Notes: generated by a model from the letters alone, not told the origin. A stretch of 64,000 bases of DNA from Candidatus Poribacteria bacterium (GCA_965218095.1 OZ244587.1:5888001-5952000); one strand, 5' to 3'. Shown: positions 20,450-31,740, numbered from the stretch's first letter. Numbers and translations are program-made.

Positions 20450-20587
20450 TCAGAGAGGCAACCAGCGAACAATCGCGGGCATCTGCCACATCAAAAGCAG
20501 AATTGCAGCCAGTAGAATAAGATACCACACAACTCGCTTCCAGGAACCCACTTTTCTGCGTTGAACCGGACGATCTGAGAATTTCAT
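20450..20587 (-). CDS. Putative 45-aa single-TM peptide
   Basis: Manual translation MKFSDRPVQRRKVGSWKRVVWYLILLAAILLLMWQMPAIVRWLPL; below the ORF-track cutoff. Confidence 0.5.
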   Translation of the reverse strand: MKFSDRPVQRRKVGSWKRVVWYLILLAAILLLMWQMPAIVRWLPL

Positions 20588-20795
20588 TCTGTCTGCTTGC
20601 CTCTTTGAAAACTCACTCAATCAACGGGAGGTATGCTATCACTAAACCTTTGAGAACCCCCACCATGATAGGCACCTCATCAAACGTGACAAATGAAAAG
20701 TGAAAAATGATGAGTGACTCAGGTATCATTTCTCACTCGTCACTCATCGCTTATCACGCTGCAAGGTTCTAGGGGAAGATACGGATTTAGTGATA

Positions 20796-21734
20796 CTAAC
20801 GGCCCCGTCTTTTAGAGGACGCCTTGGACTGAATCTGATTAGCGTGGATAATGGCGATACCGTAACCAAAAACTTCAGCGACCGTGAATTCGATACCATC
20901 AAAGGCGACTTTTTCACCCTGTTCCGGCAATCGGCCAATGATTTTTAACATAAAGCCCCCAATTGTATCGTAGCGCTCTTTGGGAATATTTGTGCCTAAC
21001 GCTTTGTTGACAATCTCGATCGGCGCCCGCGCATCAAGCGCCCATGAATTGTTCCCAAGTTGTTCGACTTGTAGCATGTGCCGCTTATGGTGATAGCCGA
21101 TTTCACCCACGATCTGCTCAAGGAGGTCCTCCAGGCTCACAAATCCGACACAACCGCCGTGTTCATCAATGACAATGGCGACAGGTTCTTCAGCAACACG
21201 CAACTCTTCGAGTAAATCACCCATCGGCTTCGTTTCGGGAACATAGTATGCAGTTCTCACGAAGGAACTGAGTTCGTTGGATTCGTGCACGGCATACAGA
21301 ATATCCATGATGCTTACGATTCCTGTCAGCCGATCAATCCGTTCTTCATAGACCGGAAGATACCGATAGTTGGAATGATGCACCATTGCCTTGACCTGTT
21401 CCGTCGGCGTGGCAATATGAACCGCCATCATTTCGGACAGGGGAACCATGATTTCTCTTACCGTTGTCCTCGTAAGGGAAAAAATCCCACGCAGCATGCG
21501 TGCTTCATTCTCTGGCATAGCGTCGATATTTTCAAAGACGATCTGTTTGATCTGTTCCGCTTCGGGCCCACCCTTGGATTTCCGTTTTCTGAAGAAGCCT
21601 CGTTTACCGCCAATATCCTTAGCTTGAGCGGGAAGTCTGAGTTGTCGGTTGGGCGCCACAGCAAGTAAATCAAATTTTGTTTCCGTGGTTTCTGCGGTTT
21701 CCTTTGGCAACTGTGGTGATGGATTCGCTTTCAA
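20796..21734 (-). CDS. CBS-pair/CorC-HlyC domain protein
   Basis: TVREIMVP, LPVYEERIDRLTGIV, VIDEHGG...EDLLEQIVGEI, YDTIGGF. Confidence 0.9.
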   Translation of the reverse strand: MKANPSPQLPKETAETTETKFDLLAVAPNRQLRLPAQAKDIGGKRGFFRKRKSKGGPEAEQIKQIVFENIDAMPENEARMLRGIFSLTRTTVREIMVPLSEMMAVHIATPTEQVKAMVHHSNYRYLPVYEERIDRLTGIVSIMDILYAVHESNELSSFVRTAYYVPETKPMGDLLEELRVAEEPVAIVIDEHGGCVGFVSLEDLLEQIVGEIGYHHKRHMLQVEQLGNNSWALDARAPIEIVNKALGTNIPKERYDTIGGFMLKIIGRLPEQGEKVAFDGIEFTVAEVFGYGIAIIHANQIQSKASSKRRGR

Positions 21735-22143
21735 TTTTTTGTCTCACTCCCATTTTAGATTTTTGAGGTGGCTAATAACAAAAGATTGCTAACTGATATG
21801 AATGCGATTCGCATTCACATGATTTTCCAGATTATCGCGCAACACCGAGATGATTATAGCACATCTCAAGAGTTTCTTTCAATCAAAAATCGGGTTCGAC
21901 ATGCGAAAGTGGAAAGTGAAAAAGGGGGCAGCGAATTCACTCTTGCCACTTTGCCCACTGGCTCCCTTTTCGCTAGATGTGGCGTCGCTCCCTTCTGCTT
22001 ATTTTTTTAGCAGTTCTCTGATGAAAAACTCAGCATTGTTGCCGAGGCGGTGATAGGAGGTTTCGCAAGATAAGCGATGGTTTCTGCCTTATCTGGCGTG
22101 CGACCAGTGGAGTTTGGAACGATCTGTGCACATTGCTTGGCTG

Positions 22144-22159
22144 TGGCATATTAATTGCT
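22144..22159 (+). promoter_or_regulatory. Putative sigma54 -24/-12 promoter
   Basis: TGGCAT-ATTAA-TTGCT (GG-N10-GC) about 160 bp upstream of the porin-like gene. Confidence 0.6.
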
Positions 22160-22320
22160 CAATAACGGCTCAACACCGTACAGTGAGTGAGTATTACATA
22201 CGAAAATGCCTGCGTGGCTTTATAGCGTCGCCGAAATTTCAGGCACCGTGAATGGTCTCACATCTCACTCATTATAACTTTATAAACATCAATTGTAGAA
22301 CAAACTAAAGGAGACGAAAG

Positions 22321-23109
22321 ATGAAACATAAGGTACATACCGCATGGTGTTGGAATGTGGTAGCCATTTGCATGTTAGCCGCTATTGCAGGAAACACAAC
22401 GGTAACAGCTGAAGAAGAAGGTGGTTCATCATTGCCTGTCAACATCGTAATCGATGCCACCTACGCAAGCGCCTATTATTGGCGAGGCGCCAGTGCAGGC
22501 ACCGGGACGAATTTTCTGCAACCTTCCGTTGACGTCTCTTACACTTCCGAATCTGAAGACTTTTCTTTCACCGTCGGCGCCAATGTCTGGTATTCGCAAG
22601 GCATTGAGGATGCAGGTGTACCTGAAAATAACGGCGAACTCGACTACACTGTATACGTTGGCACGACCGTTTGGGCTCTCGACATCAGCGCAGGCGTTAT
22701 CGACTATATGATTCCCCACGGTTTTCCTTTTGCTGATAGGCATGTCCTCGAAGGCAATCTTGGCGTTGGCGTAAACTCGCTTCCTTTCGATAATAGCGTG
22801 ACCGTTTATCTGAATCTTGATGGGGACGATGATTATTCGGTCTATCTCGCTCCCAGCGTTGGAACTACCTATAAAAACCTGGACCTTGGACTGACCGCTG
22901 GTATCGTCCTTGGCGAAAGTGCATACTATAAGAAACTTGGTATCGTCCTTAGCGAAGCTGGTACCGAGCTCGTTGACATCACACCGAGCGTTTCCTATTC
23001 CATTCCTGGCGATGCGGAAACAACAATCAGCTTCAACGTTGGTTATAATCCCCACACGCATGCGAAAATGACATTCATTACCCTTGGTACTTCATTCAAC
23101 ATTGATTAA
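22321..23109 (+). CDS. Outer-membrane beta-barrel protein, TorF/Gcw_chp-like
   Basis: Signal peptide, SAYYWRG, LQPSVD, ELDYTV, alternating beta-strand pattern. Confidence 0.7.
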   Translation: MKHKVHTAWCWNVVAICMLAAIAGNTTVTAEEEGGSSLPVNIVIDATYASAYYWRGASAGTGTNFLQPSVDVSYTSESEDFSFTVGANVWYSQGIEDAGVPENNGELDYTVYVGTTVWALDISAGVIDYMIPHGFPFADRHVLEGNLGVGVNSLPFDNSVTVYLNLDGDDDYSVYLAPSVGTTYKNLDLGLTAGIVLGESAYYKKLGIVLSEAGTELVDITPSVSYSIPGDAETTISFNVGYNPHTHAKMTFITLGTSFNID

Positions 23110-23395
23110 CCTTCCCGAAAACCTCCGCCGGATAGTGGCCGCTTTAGTTTCTAAAATTAAGCGACAACGACCTCCTATTCCAAGTTTTACATTGTCAAGC
23201 AGGAGAGGGAGGGAAAACACCAAGCTTTCTCTCCCTTCTCTCTTTCCATGCCTCCATTCCTCACGCTGGATGTTTAGTCAAAAGATTTCCTCTCCGTTAC
23301 AGTTGCAGTCAGATCTGCTGCCGAACCCCGATCTTCGATCGGAGTTTCTCATGGGGAATTTCTAAACCATCCCGTAATTTCTTGCAAAAAGAACG

Positions 23396-24352
23396 TCAAC
23401 TCGGTACAGATCCCTGGGTCCGGCAGATTTCCAGGGCTTTTTCAAATACCTTCCGGTCCGGGTAGTCTCCGTCTGCAGCGTCAAGCACACTATCGACCTG
23501 CGCCGGGGTATTCAGGCCAACAATCAGACTAGTGACGATGGGATGACTCAAGGTGAATTTGATTGCGAAGTGTGTCCAGGATGTGACTTCATTGCCAAAA
23601 GCGGATTTTAAGAGCTCCAAACGTTCGTAGGCAGCATTCCAACTTTCGTTCTGGAAGCGGTCATCCTCTGGCAACTGGCTGCGGTCCATCCGTCGATCGG
23701 TCAGCAGGCCCGCCATAAAAGGCCGGATGCAGAAGAAGCCACCCCGACCCGCTTCCATCTGCGGGAAAAACTCAGCCATTTCCATTTCGATCAGGTTATA
23801 GTAAGCAACCATCCCGCTGAAGACGCCAGTTTTCAGCGCCTCCGCGGCAAAACCAGGGGTGTAGGGAAAGGTAGTCAAGTGGCCGACCTTCCCTTCACCC
23901 TTCAGTCTTTCAAAGATTTCTATCATGGGTTCGTGGATGTCCGGGATATTTGGTATCCTGAGGAGGTCGGTATTAGGCCGTGCACGCTGCAGATGTTGCA
24001 GGACGTCGATGTAATCTGCATGCAGGTCCCGAAGCGCCTCTTCGACCCTCAGCCTGAATTTGACCGTGTCGAACACCCCGCTATCGTCGAAGTCGGGGAC
24101 GGGAACTTTAATGATGTGATGGATTTTATGCCGCTCCGGGCGATTTTTTAGAACCTGTCCAACCGCCCAGCGAGTGCCGTATTCGTAGCTGGAGTGGATG
24201 AAGTTGACGCCACGATCTAGCGCCCTTTCCAGCGCCCGGCGGCCTATCCGTGATTTACTGTCGTCTCCAGGTGCTTTGGCGGAGAAGCGCATGGGCCCAA
24301 AGCAGATTTCGGAGACTTCCAGGTTGGTGTTTCCAAATTTGCGGTAGTTCAT
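23396..24352 (-). CDS. Aldo/keto reductase
   Basis: YRKFGNTNLEVSEICFG, YIDVLQH, AIKFTLSHP. Confidence 0.9.
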   Translation of the reverse strand: MNYRKFGNTNLEVSEICFGPMRFSAKAPGDDSKSRIGRRALERALDRGVNFIHSSYEYGTRWAVGQVLKNRPERHKIHHIIKVPVPDFDDSGVFDTVKFRLRVEEALRDLHADYIDVLQHLQRARPNTDLLRIPNIPDIHEPMIEIFERLKGEGKVGHLTTFPYTPGFAAEALKTGVFSGMVAYYNLIEMEMAEFFPQMEAGRGGFFCIRPFMAGLLTDRRMDRSQLPEDDRFQNESWNAAYERLELLKSAFGNEVTSWTHFAIKFTLSHPIVTSLIVGLNTPAQVDSVLDAADGDYPDRKVFEKALEICRTQGSVPS

Positions 24353-24398
24353 AGAATGTCCTTTCGCGTGTGTTGTTATAATTATCCAAAAGTTTCTG

Positions 24399-25017
24399 CT
24401 ACCCGTCTTCCACCACTTCCTCGCCGTCCATATAGCAGAAGCGATCGAGATTCGTCAAGTTCAGATGCGCGCGGTCACCACTTTGAAGCGATGGCTTGCA
24501 GCACTTCGGCGCGTTCATCGTCGCCGCGGGCCCACACCTCCACCATAAGCTGTTCGTCAAAATGGTGCAGTCCTTCATGCTGCGACTCGTCCCCGTTTGT
24601 TGCATCACCCCCCGGACGCAGCATTGCCACGAAAGGAGTATCCCAGACATCGGTGGGCGCAGCCGGCAAATTATTGGCTTCCCCACCATAAACCATATAG
24701 AAGACGGTATCCCCACCCTCCGATAGGGTGGGAAGACGAACCCACGCCTCAAGCCTTCCTACTACCCCATCAAAAGTCTCAATTTCGTAGGGCAGCATTG
24801 ATGCACCGTCGGCGTCCACAAAGTGAATATTGCTGCCCTCAATATTTCTGACATGTCCGCCGCGCGCCGTGTGCTTGACCCGCTGATCGGTGAGGGAGAT
24901 GAAAACGAGGAAATCGTTCAGTGGTTCACCTGATGTCTGTGTTTGTTCAATAACAATCCTGCGTCTGAACATCATCGGTCCCTTTCTTCCATCAATAGAT
25001 GCGGTTAAATGAACCAT
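24399..25017 (-). pseudogene. Truncated DUF2341-domain protein
   Basis: IHFVDADG...LPYEIE...AWVRLP...FYMVYG; stops early at IASKW. Confidence 0.6.
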
Positions 25018-25113
25018 TCCAATGCTCCTGTCCCATATTGTAAACCGATCTCAAGTTATCCTATCAATTTTTCAACTTCAGGTCAACAAAATTTTTCTGC
25101 TCAACATTTTTTC

Positions 25114-25141
25114 TTGACACACCGCCGGAAAGCAGTATAAT
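25114..25141 (+). promoter_or_regulatory. sigma70 promoter for the catabolic cluster
   Basis: TTGACA, 16 bp, TATAAT. Confidence 0.6.
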
Positions 25142-25240
25142 TGAAACCGTAGTCAGCTATAAGCCGGTAGAATTAACGCTTTCATATCGGTTGTCTCTAC
25201 TATTTCGGATAGTATCATTATATCTCCAAAGTGAGTTGAC

Positions 25241-25606
25241 ATGAAAATAGATCCAATTACCCTCGTTGTGATTCGTGGCAGCCTCGAGCAGATGGCGTTT
25301 TCACGGGTGATCTCCGACAGGTTTGACCAAGCCAGCGGCATCTACGACAAAATCAATGGTGAGGTTATCATGCAGGGCCTGCGCGGTCTCCTAAGCTTCA
25401 TCTACGTAGATTGAGGACATAGCGCCGGGGGATATGGTGCTCCCTTGGATCGCCTGCGGGAGTTGGCCTCACAGGATGTCAAACGTGGATACCATGACCG
25501 GGAGACGGCAGAACAAGAATACGGCGTCCTGATTAAGAAAGGTGGCTGGGAAGCGGATGCAGAAGGAACGGCGCAACTGCGGGCATCTTTACGTAGCACC
25601 CTCTAG
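25241..25606 (+). pseudogene. Hydantoinase B/5-oxoprolinase-like gene with large internal deletion
   Basis: N-terminus MKIDPITLVVIRGSLEQ..AFS..SGIY lies next to C-terminus GGYGAPLDR...DVKRGY...AEQEYGV within 366 bp. Confidence 0.7.
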
Positions 25607-25623
25607 CAGATCAGGAGGAAAAG

Positions 25624-26457
25624 ATGATTCTAATGAGCCCGCCGCTTCGTGTGGGGAAGACAGCGGAAGAACAGACAGTTTTTCTTCGCAAAGTCGGCAT
25701 AATGGAAGTGAAAACTGTCTCGATGGCCACACCCGCCGACTGGAGCGATGCAGATGTTGAGGAAGCAAAGCGATTTCTCGATGCACATGGCATACGGGTT
25801 GGTGAGTTTAGTGGGTTCCACAAGGCGTTTGGTTCAGCGAAGGCGCAGGACCATCAATCTGCCCTCGAACACTATCGCCGTCAACTGCGCCATGCCCACA
25901 TCCTGGGCGTTCACTGTGTTGGATTCTCTATCATCTGTGATAGGAGCACGCCCCAGATGTGGTCTGAGGAAACGTGGCAGCGATGCATCGCCGCTACGGT
26001 GGAATTGGTCAAGGAGGCAGAACAGGTTCAGATAGACATAGCTGCCCACCCGCATCTGATGAGTCCGCTCTATTCCGTGGAGCGGTACAAAGAACTCCTC
26101 GAACAGGTTGCCTCACCCCGACTGAAGGTACTTATGGACCTGGTGAATCTCACACAGCCCCATATGTTCTACAAAACAACGGAATTGGTGAACCGGGCTT
26201 TTGATGAGTTGGGGGACTTTATCACTGCCATCCACGCCAAAGATGTGGTGATGTCGGGAGGTGGGAAAATCGTGGTTCACATAGACGAAGCGGTCCCGGG
26301 GGAAGGCATGATGGATTATGCAACAATCCTTCGACGGTTAGATGCATTAGACCATGATGTCACGGTGCATGTGGAGCACTTTTCGGAGGAAAACACTATT
26401 GTCGGTCAGCAATATATCCGGTATGTGGCGCGAGAGATTGGTGTGGCTTTACACTAA
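25624..26457 (+). CDS. Sugar-phosphate isomerase/epimerase (AP-endonuclease-2 TIM barrel), paralog 1
   Basis: MDLVN, IHAKD, PGEGMMDY, VHVEH. Confidence 0.85.
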   Translation: MILMSPPLRVGKTAEEQTVFLRKVGIMEVKTVSMATPADWSDADVEEAKRFLDAHGIRVGEFSGFHKAFGSAKAQDHQSALEHYRRQLRHAHILGVHCVGFSIICDRSTPQMWSEETWQRCIAATVELVKEAEQVQIDIAAHPHLMSPLYSVERYKELLEQVASPRLKVLMDLVNLTQPHMFYKTTELVNRAFDELGDFITAIHAKDVVMSGGGKIVVHIDEAVPGEGMMDYATILRRLDALDHDVTVHVEHFSEENTIVGQQYIRYVAREIGVALH

Positions 26458-26588
26458 CTTTCAATATTAAAACAGAGGGGGGTCTGGGCAGACAAGGAGC
26501 AAAACTCCCGCCGGGATGGACGAAGGCTTGATCGCCGACTTCCTGGCTCCCGAGTGCCCAGCTTCCAATAATTCTTGAGAGGTATCGT

Positions 26589-27473
26589 ATGATTTTAATG
26601 AGTCCGTCTGTACATTTGGGAAAAACATCAGAGGAGCGGGCAGCGTTTCTCCGTAAGGTTGGAATAATGGAGGTCAAGACCGTTACCACGAATACGCCTG
26701 CTGACTGGAGTGATGTGGACGTTGAGGAAGCAAAACGGTTCCTTGATGATCACGGTATCCGGGTGGGTGAGTTTAGTGGGCACCAGAGCGGGTTTGGCTC
26801 GGCGAATGTGGACGATTACCGGGCTGCCATTGAAGGCCATCGCCGCCAATTGCGTCATGCCCACATTATCGGGGCACACTGCATCGCATGTGCGATGCTC
26901 ATTGGAAGAATTTGGATTGACGAATTACCAAAAACTTTCGCCCAGTGCGGTGGAACCATTCTCCCCATGTGGTCTGAGGAAACATGGAAACGATGTGTCG
27001 CTGCGGTCGAGGAACTTATGCCCTATGCGGAGGAGTTTCAGATGGACGTTGCTATACATCCCCATGTTATCACACCGGTCTATTCTGTAGAGCGGTATAA
27101 GGCGCTTTTTGAGGCAGTCCCATCACCCCGACTGAAGGCACTTTTCGACCCTGTGAATCTTACATGGCCCCAGATGTTCCTCAGAATGACGGACTTTGTA
27201 AATGAGATTTTCGATGAAATTGGTGATAAAATCGTCACGATGCACGCAAAGGATGTTACGATGTGGGCAGCTCAACCTATCAGCATTATCTGTCGCGCAG
27301 ACGAAGCGGTTCCGGGAAGCGGCATGATGGACTATGCAACGATACTTCGACGGCTGGATGAATTAGATCGTGATGTCCCAGTGCATGTGGAGCACTTCCC
27401 CGAAGCAGAGACGATTGCCGGTCAGCAATATATCCGGCATGTGGCGCGGGAGGTCGGTGTTAGGGTAGGCTAG
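26589..27473 (+). CDS. Sugar-phosphate isomerase/epimerase, paralog 2
   Basis: FDPVN, MHAKD, PGSGMMDY, VHVEH; tandem paralog of the previous gene. Confidence 0.85.
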   Translation: MILMSPSVHLGKTSEERAAFLRKVGIMEVKTVTTNTPADWSDVDVEEAKRFLDDHGIRVGEFSGHQSGFGSANVDDYRAAIEGHRRQLRHAHIIGAHCIACAMLIGRIWIDELPKTFAQCGGTILPMWSEETWKRCVAAVEELMPYAEEFQMDVAIHPHVITPVYSVERYKALFEAVPSPRLKALFDPVNLTWPQMFLRMTDFVNEIFDEIGDKIVTMHAKDVTMWAAQPISIICRADEAVPGSGMMDYATILRRLDELDRDVPVHVEHFPEAETIAGQQYIRHVAREVGVRVG

Positions 27474-27528
27474 GTGAAAGGTTGACAGGCCACTACTTAG
27501 AGCCTTTTTACAACATGGAGAATATCTG

Positions 27529-29079
27529 ATGCAATTTGACTATATCATTCACGGGGGAACCGTTGTCGATGGCACGGGCAGTCGTGAACCCTTCCCGGCA
27601 GATGTTGGCGTCATACGTGACCGGATTGCCGCCCTCGGCGACCTGGACACCGCCGAGGCAAACCGGGTAATCGACGCGCATGGACAGGTCGTGAGCCCTG
27701 GTTTCATCGATGTCCACGTTCACTCGGAGATTGCCTTGTTGGGTGGCAGAGACCAACTGGGAGGCGTCCGTCAGGGTGTGACCACTCATCTCACAGCGCC
27801 GGATGGCTTTGGTTGGGCGCCCCTCTCACCGGAGAAGGTGAGAGAAATGTGGAAATATACCCAATTCATTTATGACTCTCCTGACCTCTCCCTCGACTGG
27901 CGCAGCGCCGAGGATTATCTGAGTATTTTTCCCGGTCGTATTCCCGCCAACGTTTATCCGCAGGTACCTCACTGCGCTGTTCGCTTAGGAGCGATGGGGT
28001 GGGATGCCCGTCTAGCAACTGACGAAGAACTGAAGGCAATGGTAAGAACCACCCGTGAATGGCTGGAAGCGGGGGCATGTTGTCTGTGCCTGGGGCTTGA
28101 CTATCAACCGAGCGCCAACGCTGATCTGCGAGAGCTTGTTACCCTGTGTAAAGTTGCAGCTTCGTATGGGGCGATCTATGCCGCGCATATCCGCTACCGG
28201 ACCCTCGGTCGAAAAAAGGCGTGGGAAGAAACCTTTGAGCTTGCCCGGCAAAGCGGTATTCCCGTTCATATCTCTCATGAACGGGTGGACGAGGAGACAG
28301 CAGATCTACTTGAACGGGTAGACCGTGAAGGAATTGATCTGACCTTCGAGTCATATCTCTATCCTGCTGGGATGACCCACATGGCGCTTATGCTGCCGAT
28401 GGAGTTTCAGGCTGGAAGTCCGGAGGAGGTACTGGCGAAGCTAAAACACCCACAAACACGAGAGAAGTCCTTGCCTTATATCCGGGGGCAGATTGGTCAA
28501 TCTGGCAATCAGATCGTTGGGAATACTCGCTCCGGTCGGTTTATCGGCATGACTCTGGCAGAAGCAGCAGAGCGCGTGAATAAGTCCTGGGAGGAATTTG
28601 CTTACGATCTGATGGTTGAGGAGGACCGGACAGAGACGCTTGTCTTCCCATGGCAGACGCCTCCCGAAGAAAATGAAGTAACCCTCGACCAAACAGCTGT
28701 TCACCCCCGAATGATGATTGCCAGCGATGGTGTTTACAATATTCAGCATCCCCACCCGCGTGGTTACGGCTGCTTTGTGCAGTTTCTCAGGCGGTTCGTG
28801 CGAGAGCGCAAGTTGATTTCTCTGCAGGAAGCCGTCCACAAGATGAGTGGATTTGCGGCAGAACGTTTTGGGCTCAAAGATCGAGGCTGTATCGCTGAAG
28901 GCTTGGCGGCGGATCTGGTCGTTTTCGATCCGGAAACCGTTGCTGATCGTTCGACCTGGCAGGAACCGGTGCAGCCGGCAATTGGTGTGGACTGGGTGCT
29001 GGTCAATGGTGTGCCGGTGATTGAACAAGGGAATCCGACAGGGCAGCTACCGGGACGGAGCCTGCGACACTCACCCTGA
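27529..29079 (+). CDS. N-acyl-D-amino-acid deacylase (amidohydrolase)
   Basis: PGFIDVHVHS, HPHPRGYG, ADLVVFDP. Confidence 0.9.
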   Translation: MQFDYIIHGGTVVDGTGSREPFPADVGVIRDRIAALGDLDTAEANRVIDAHGQVVSPGFIDVHVHSEIALLGGRDQLGGVRQGVTTHLTAPDGFGWAPLSPEKVREMWKYTQFIYDSPDLSLDWRSAEDYLSIFPGRIPANVYPQVPHCAVRLGAMGWDARLATDEELKAMVRTTREWLEAGACCLCLGLDYQPSANADLRELVTLCKVAASYGAIYAAHIRYRTLGRKKAWEETFELARQSGIPVHISHERVDEETADLLERVDREGIDLTFESYLYPAGMTHMALMLPMEFQAGSPEEVLAKLKHPQTREKSLPYIRGQIGQSGNQIVGNTRSGRFIGMTLAEAAERVNKSWEEFAYDLMVEEDRTETLVFPWQTPPEENEVTLDQTAVHPRMMIASDGVYNIQHPHPRGYGCFVQFLRRFVRERKLISLQEAVHKMSGFAAERFGLKDRGCIAEGLAADLVVFDPETVADRSTWQEPVQPAIGVDWVLVNGVPVIEQGNPTGQLPGRSLRHSP

Positions 29080-29288
29080 CGAGGAAAAGGGGAAATTGGA
29101 AAGTAAAAAGTGAAGATTGTATCTTTGTTGGGCTCACATTTAAGCACCTTCCAAATCATTTAGGGCAGCGCAATTGATTGCATCCCAATCCATCGGGGTC
29201 ATTGTGCGTCTGCGGCGGGCGATGAATCAACCGACTGCGAACCAAAAACCCTAAAGACTTTTGAATCTCTTCAGGAGGAAGCATTCGG

Positions 29289-30101
29289 ATGAAAGTTTAC
29301 ATTGGTACAGATAGCGAGGGCCAAGCGTGTGTCACACGCGAGAAAGACCCCAACACGGTCTATGGCCCCTGGCAAGGCGAGTACATTCGCAAACGAGCAA
29401 CAGAGGAGACGACAGCGGTGGTAGAAGCTGCCCGGGAGGCTGGAGCGACCGACATCCTCGTTCAAGATGTCGGCTTCATACGAGGTGTCTCTCCGGGCGG
29501 GCTGATACTTCACTATGACAACCTCCCCCGTGGCATTCGCATCGGTCTGGGCGGGGCACCTTTACACCGCGTGATAGATGAGAGCTTTGACGCAGTCATT
29601 CTGCTGGGCCACCATGCGATGGCGGGCATCGAAGATGGCGTGATGGCGCATACCTTCAGTTCTCTGGAGATCGAGAATATGTGGCTCAACGGGAGGCGCA
29701 TCGGGGAGATCGCTGTCGAAGCCCTGATATTCGGCGTCTTCGGTGTGCCGGTGGTCATGGTCTCCGGCGATGAGGCGGGCTGTCGGGAAGCCCAGGAATG
29801 GCTCGGCGACGTGGAGGTGGCCCCGGTGAAACAAGGGTTGGGGACGCACTGGGCTATCTCGCTCCATCCAGCCGACGCCGATGACCTCATCCGTGAAAAG
29901 ACCAGAGTGGCGCTTCAGCGATTGAGCGATTTCAAGCCGTTCACGGCGCCTCCTCCCCTTAAACTAAGGGTCGATTGCTATACCGAAGAGCAGGCGCAGC
30001 AGCGGTTTGCGCTGGAGAAGAACGCCACATGGATCGGGCCAAAGAGTTTCGTCATCCGAACCGATACACCGCTTGACTTCAACAGGCAGATGTGTGCATG
30101 A
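29289..30101 (+). CDS. DppA/M55 D-aminopeptidase family
   Basis: MKVYIGTDSEG, GHHAMAG, MAHT, IGE, VSGD. Confidence 0.88.
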   Translation: MKVYIGTDSEGQACVTREKDPNTVYGPWQGEYIRKRATEETTAVVEAAREAGATDILVQDVGFIRGVSPGGLILHYDNLPRGIRIGLGGAPLHRVIDESFDAVILLGHHAMAGIEDGVMAHTFSSLEIENMWLNGRRIGEIAVEALIFGVFGVPVVMVSGDEAGCREAQEWLGDVEVAPVKQGLGTHWAISLHPADADDLIREKTRVALQRLSDFKPFTAPPPLKLRVDCYTEEQAQQRFALEKNATWIGPKSFVIRTDTPLDFNRQMCA

Positions 30102-30145
30102 TCAGGCACAATTTTTCGAGTGAAATCACAGGAGATTAGGACACT

Positions 30146-31722
30146 ATGCCCAAGATGACCGGTGGTCAGGCGCTGGCGAAATCGCTGTATCGAGCGGGCG
30201 TGCGCGTGGTGTTCGGACTGCCAGGTGCAGGACAGTATGAGGCAACCGATGCGATTTATGAAGAGCCTCGCATTCGCTATTTCACCACCCACCACGAGCA
30301 GGTAACCAGCTACATGGCAGACGGATATGCGCGTGTCAGCGGCGAAATTGCGGCGGCGTTGGTGGTTCCGGGAGCAGGGCTATTCAATGCGTCCATGGGC
30401 ATTGCTACCGCGTACGCCGTATCTTCGCCCATGCTGATGGTAACTGGCGTACATCACCTTGGCCATACAGGCGAGGCTGACGACGATATGGCTTGGATAC
30501 GCCCGATGACCAAGTGAGCGTCGCGTGCCCAGAGTCCCGCCGACGTTCCGGCGGTCGTTCATGAAGCCTTCCGCTGCTTGAAGACGGCCCCCCCCCACGT
30601 CCTGTCCTCATTGAGGTTTCACACGAAGTGTTGGCGGGAGAGGAAGACGTCGAGTTGATTGCGCCGGAGGCGTATGACCGCCCTGGCGGTAATCCTGAAC
30701 ATATCGACGGTGCCGCGCAAATCTTGGCAGATGCACAGCGTCCGGCCATCTAGGCTGGGGGTGGCGTTATCAGTTCGGACGCTTCCCAAGCCCTAAAAGC
30801 GTTATCTGGGCGCCTCCAAGCACCGGTGGTGACCTCCCGGAATGGGAAAGGCACCATATCCGACCGGCACGCTCTCTGCTTGGGCTTGGCAGAACTCCGC
30901 TACCTACCGCTCAGACGATGGCTGGAACAACGTGACGTCATCCTGGATGTGGGAACCCAGGCCGGTTTCGGGGAGCAGCTCAAAGCGCAGCAAGTCATCC
31001 GCATAGACATAGATGAGGCGGAGATCGGGCGCAAGAACCACCATAGCTTCGGCATTTTGGGGGGCGCACGCCTTTGCCTGGAGGCGCTCTATCGTGTGGT
31101 CTCAGCCACGACGCCACCTCGCCTAAGCTGTGCGGAGGAGGTAGCTGCCATCAACGCAAAACAGTTCGACCCCACGTCCGAACTCCAACCCCAATTGGAC
31201 CTCATGCAGGCGGTCCGGGCAGCAATGCCTGATGATGGCATCCTGGTCCAGGGCACGAATCAGATAGGATACTACAGCCGTAACTACTATCCCGTGTATG
31301 AATCCCGGACTTGCTTCACCGCGGCGGGTAACCTCGGCGTCGCATTTCCGATGGCACTCGGCGCTAAGGTGGTAAAGCCTAATAAGGCTGTCGTGGCGCT
31401 CTTCGGCGACGGCGGTTTCCTCTACAACTCCCAGTAGTTGGCGACGGCTGTCCAGTATGGCATCAACGCGGTGGTCATCGTATTCAACGACAACGCCTAC
31501 GGCAATATCCTGCGCGCCCAGATTGAACAGTTCAATGGCCATATCCTGGGGATGCAACTGTACAACCCGGACTTCGTCAAGCTTGCCGAAGCTTACGGCG
31601 CTCGGGGCGTGAAAGCAGAGGGTGCTGAACAGTTGGAAGCAGTATTGCGCAAGGCATTCACTATTGACGCACCGACTCTCATCGATCGAGGTTCCTGTAG
31701 TAGGCATGATGGTCAATATTAA
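30146..31722 (+). pseudogene. ThDP-dependent enzyme (acetolactate-synthase-like), disrupted
   Basis: HEQ..YMADGYAR, GDGGF, FNDNAYG; in-frame stops at 30515 (TGA), 30751 (TAG), 31435 (TAG), plus frameshift. Confidence 0.85.
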
Positions 31723-31740
31723 AAGCGATGACAGCAATCG

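Noticed and set aside
30515-31437. Stop-codon recoding (Sec, Pyl or alternative code)
   Set aside because: TGA and TAG stops occur together with frameshifts, and intact genes terminate with all three stops; simple decay explains it
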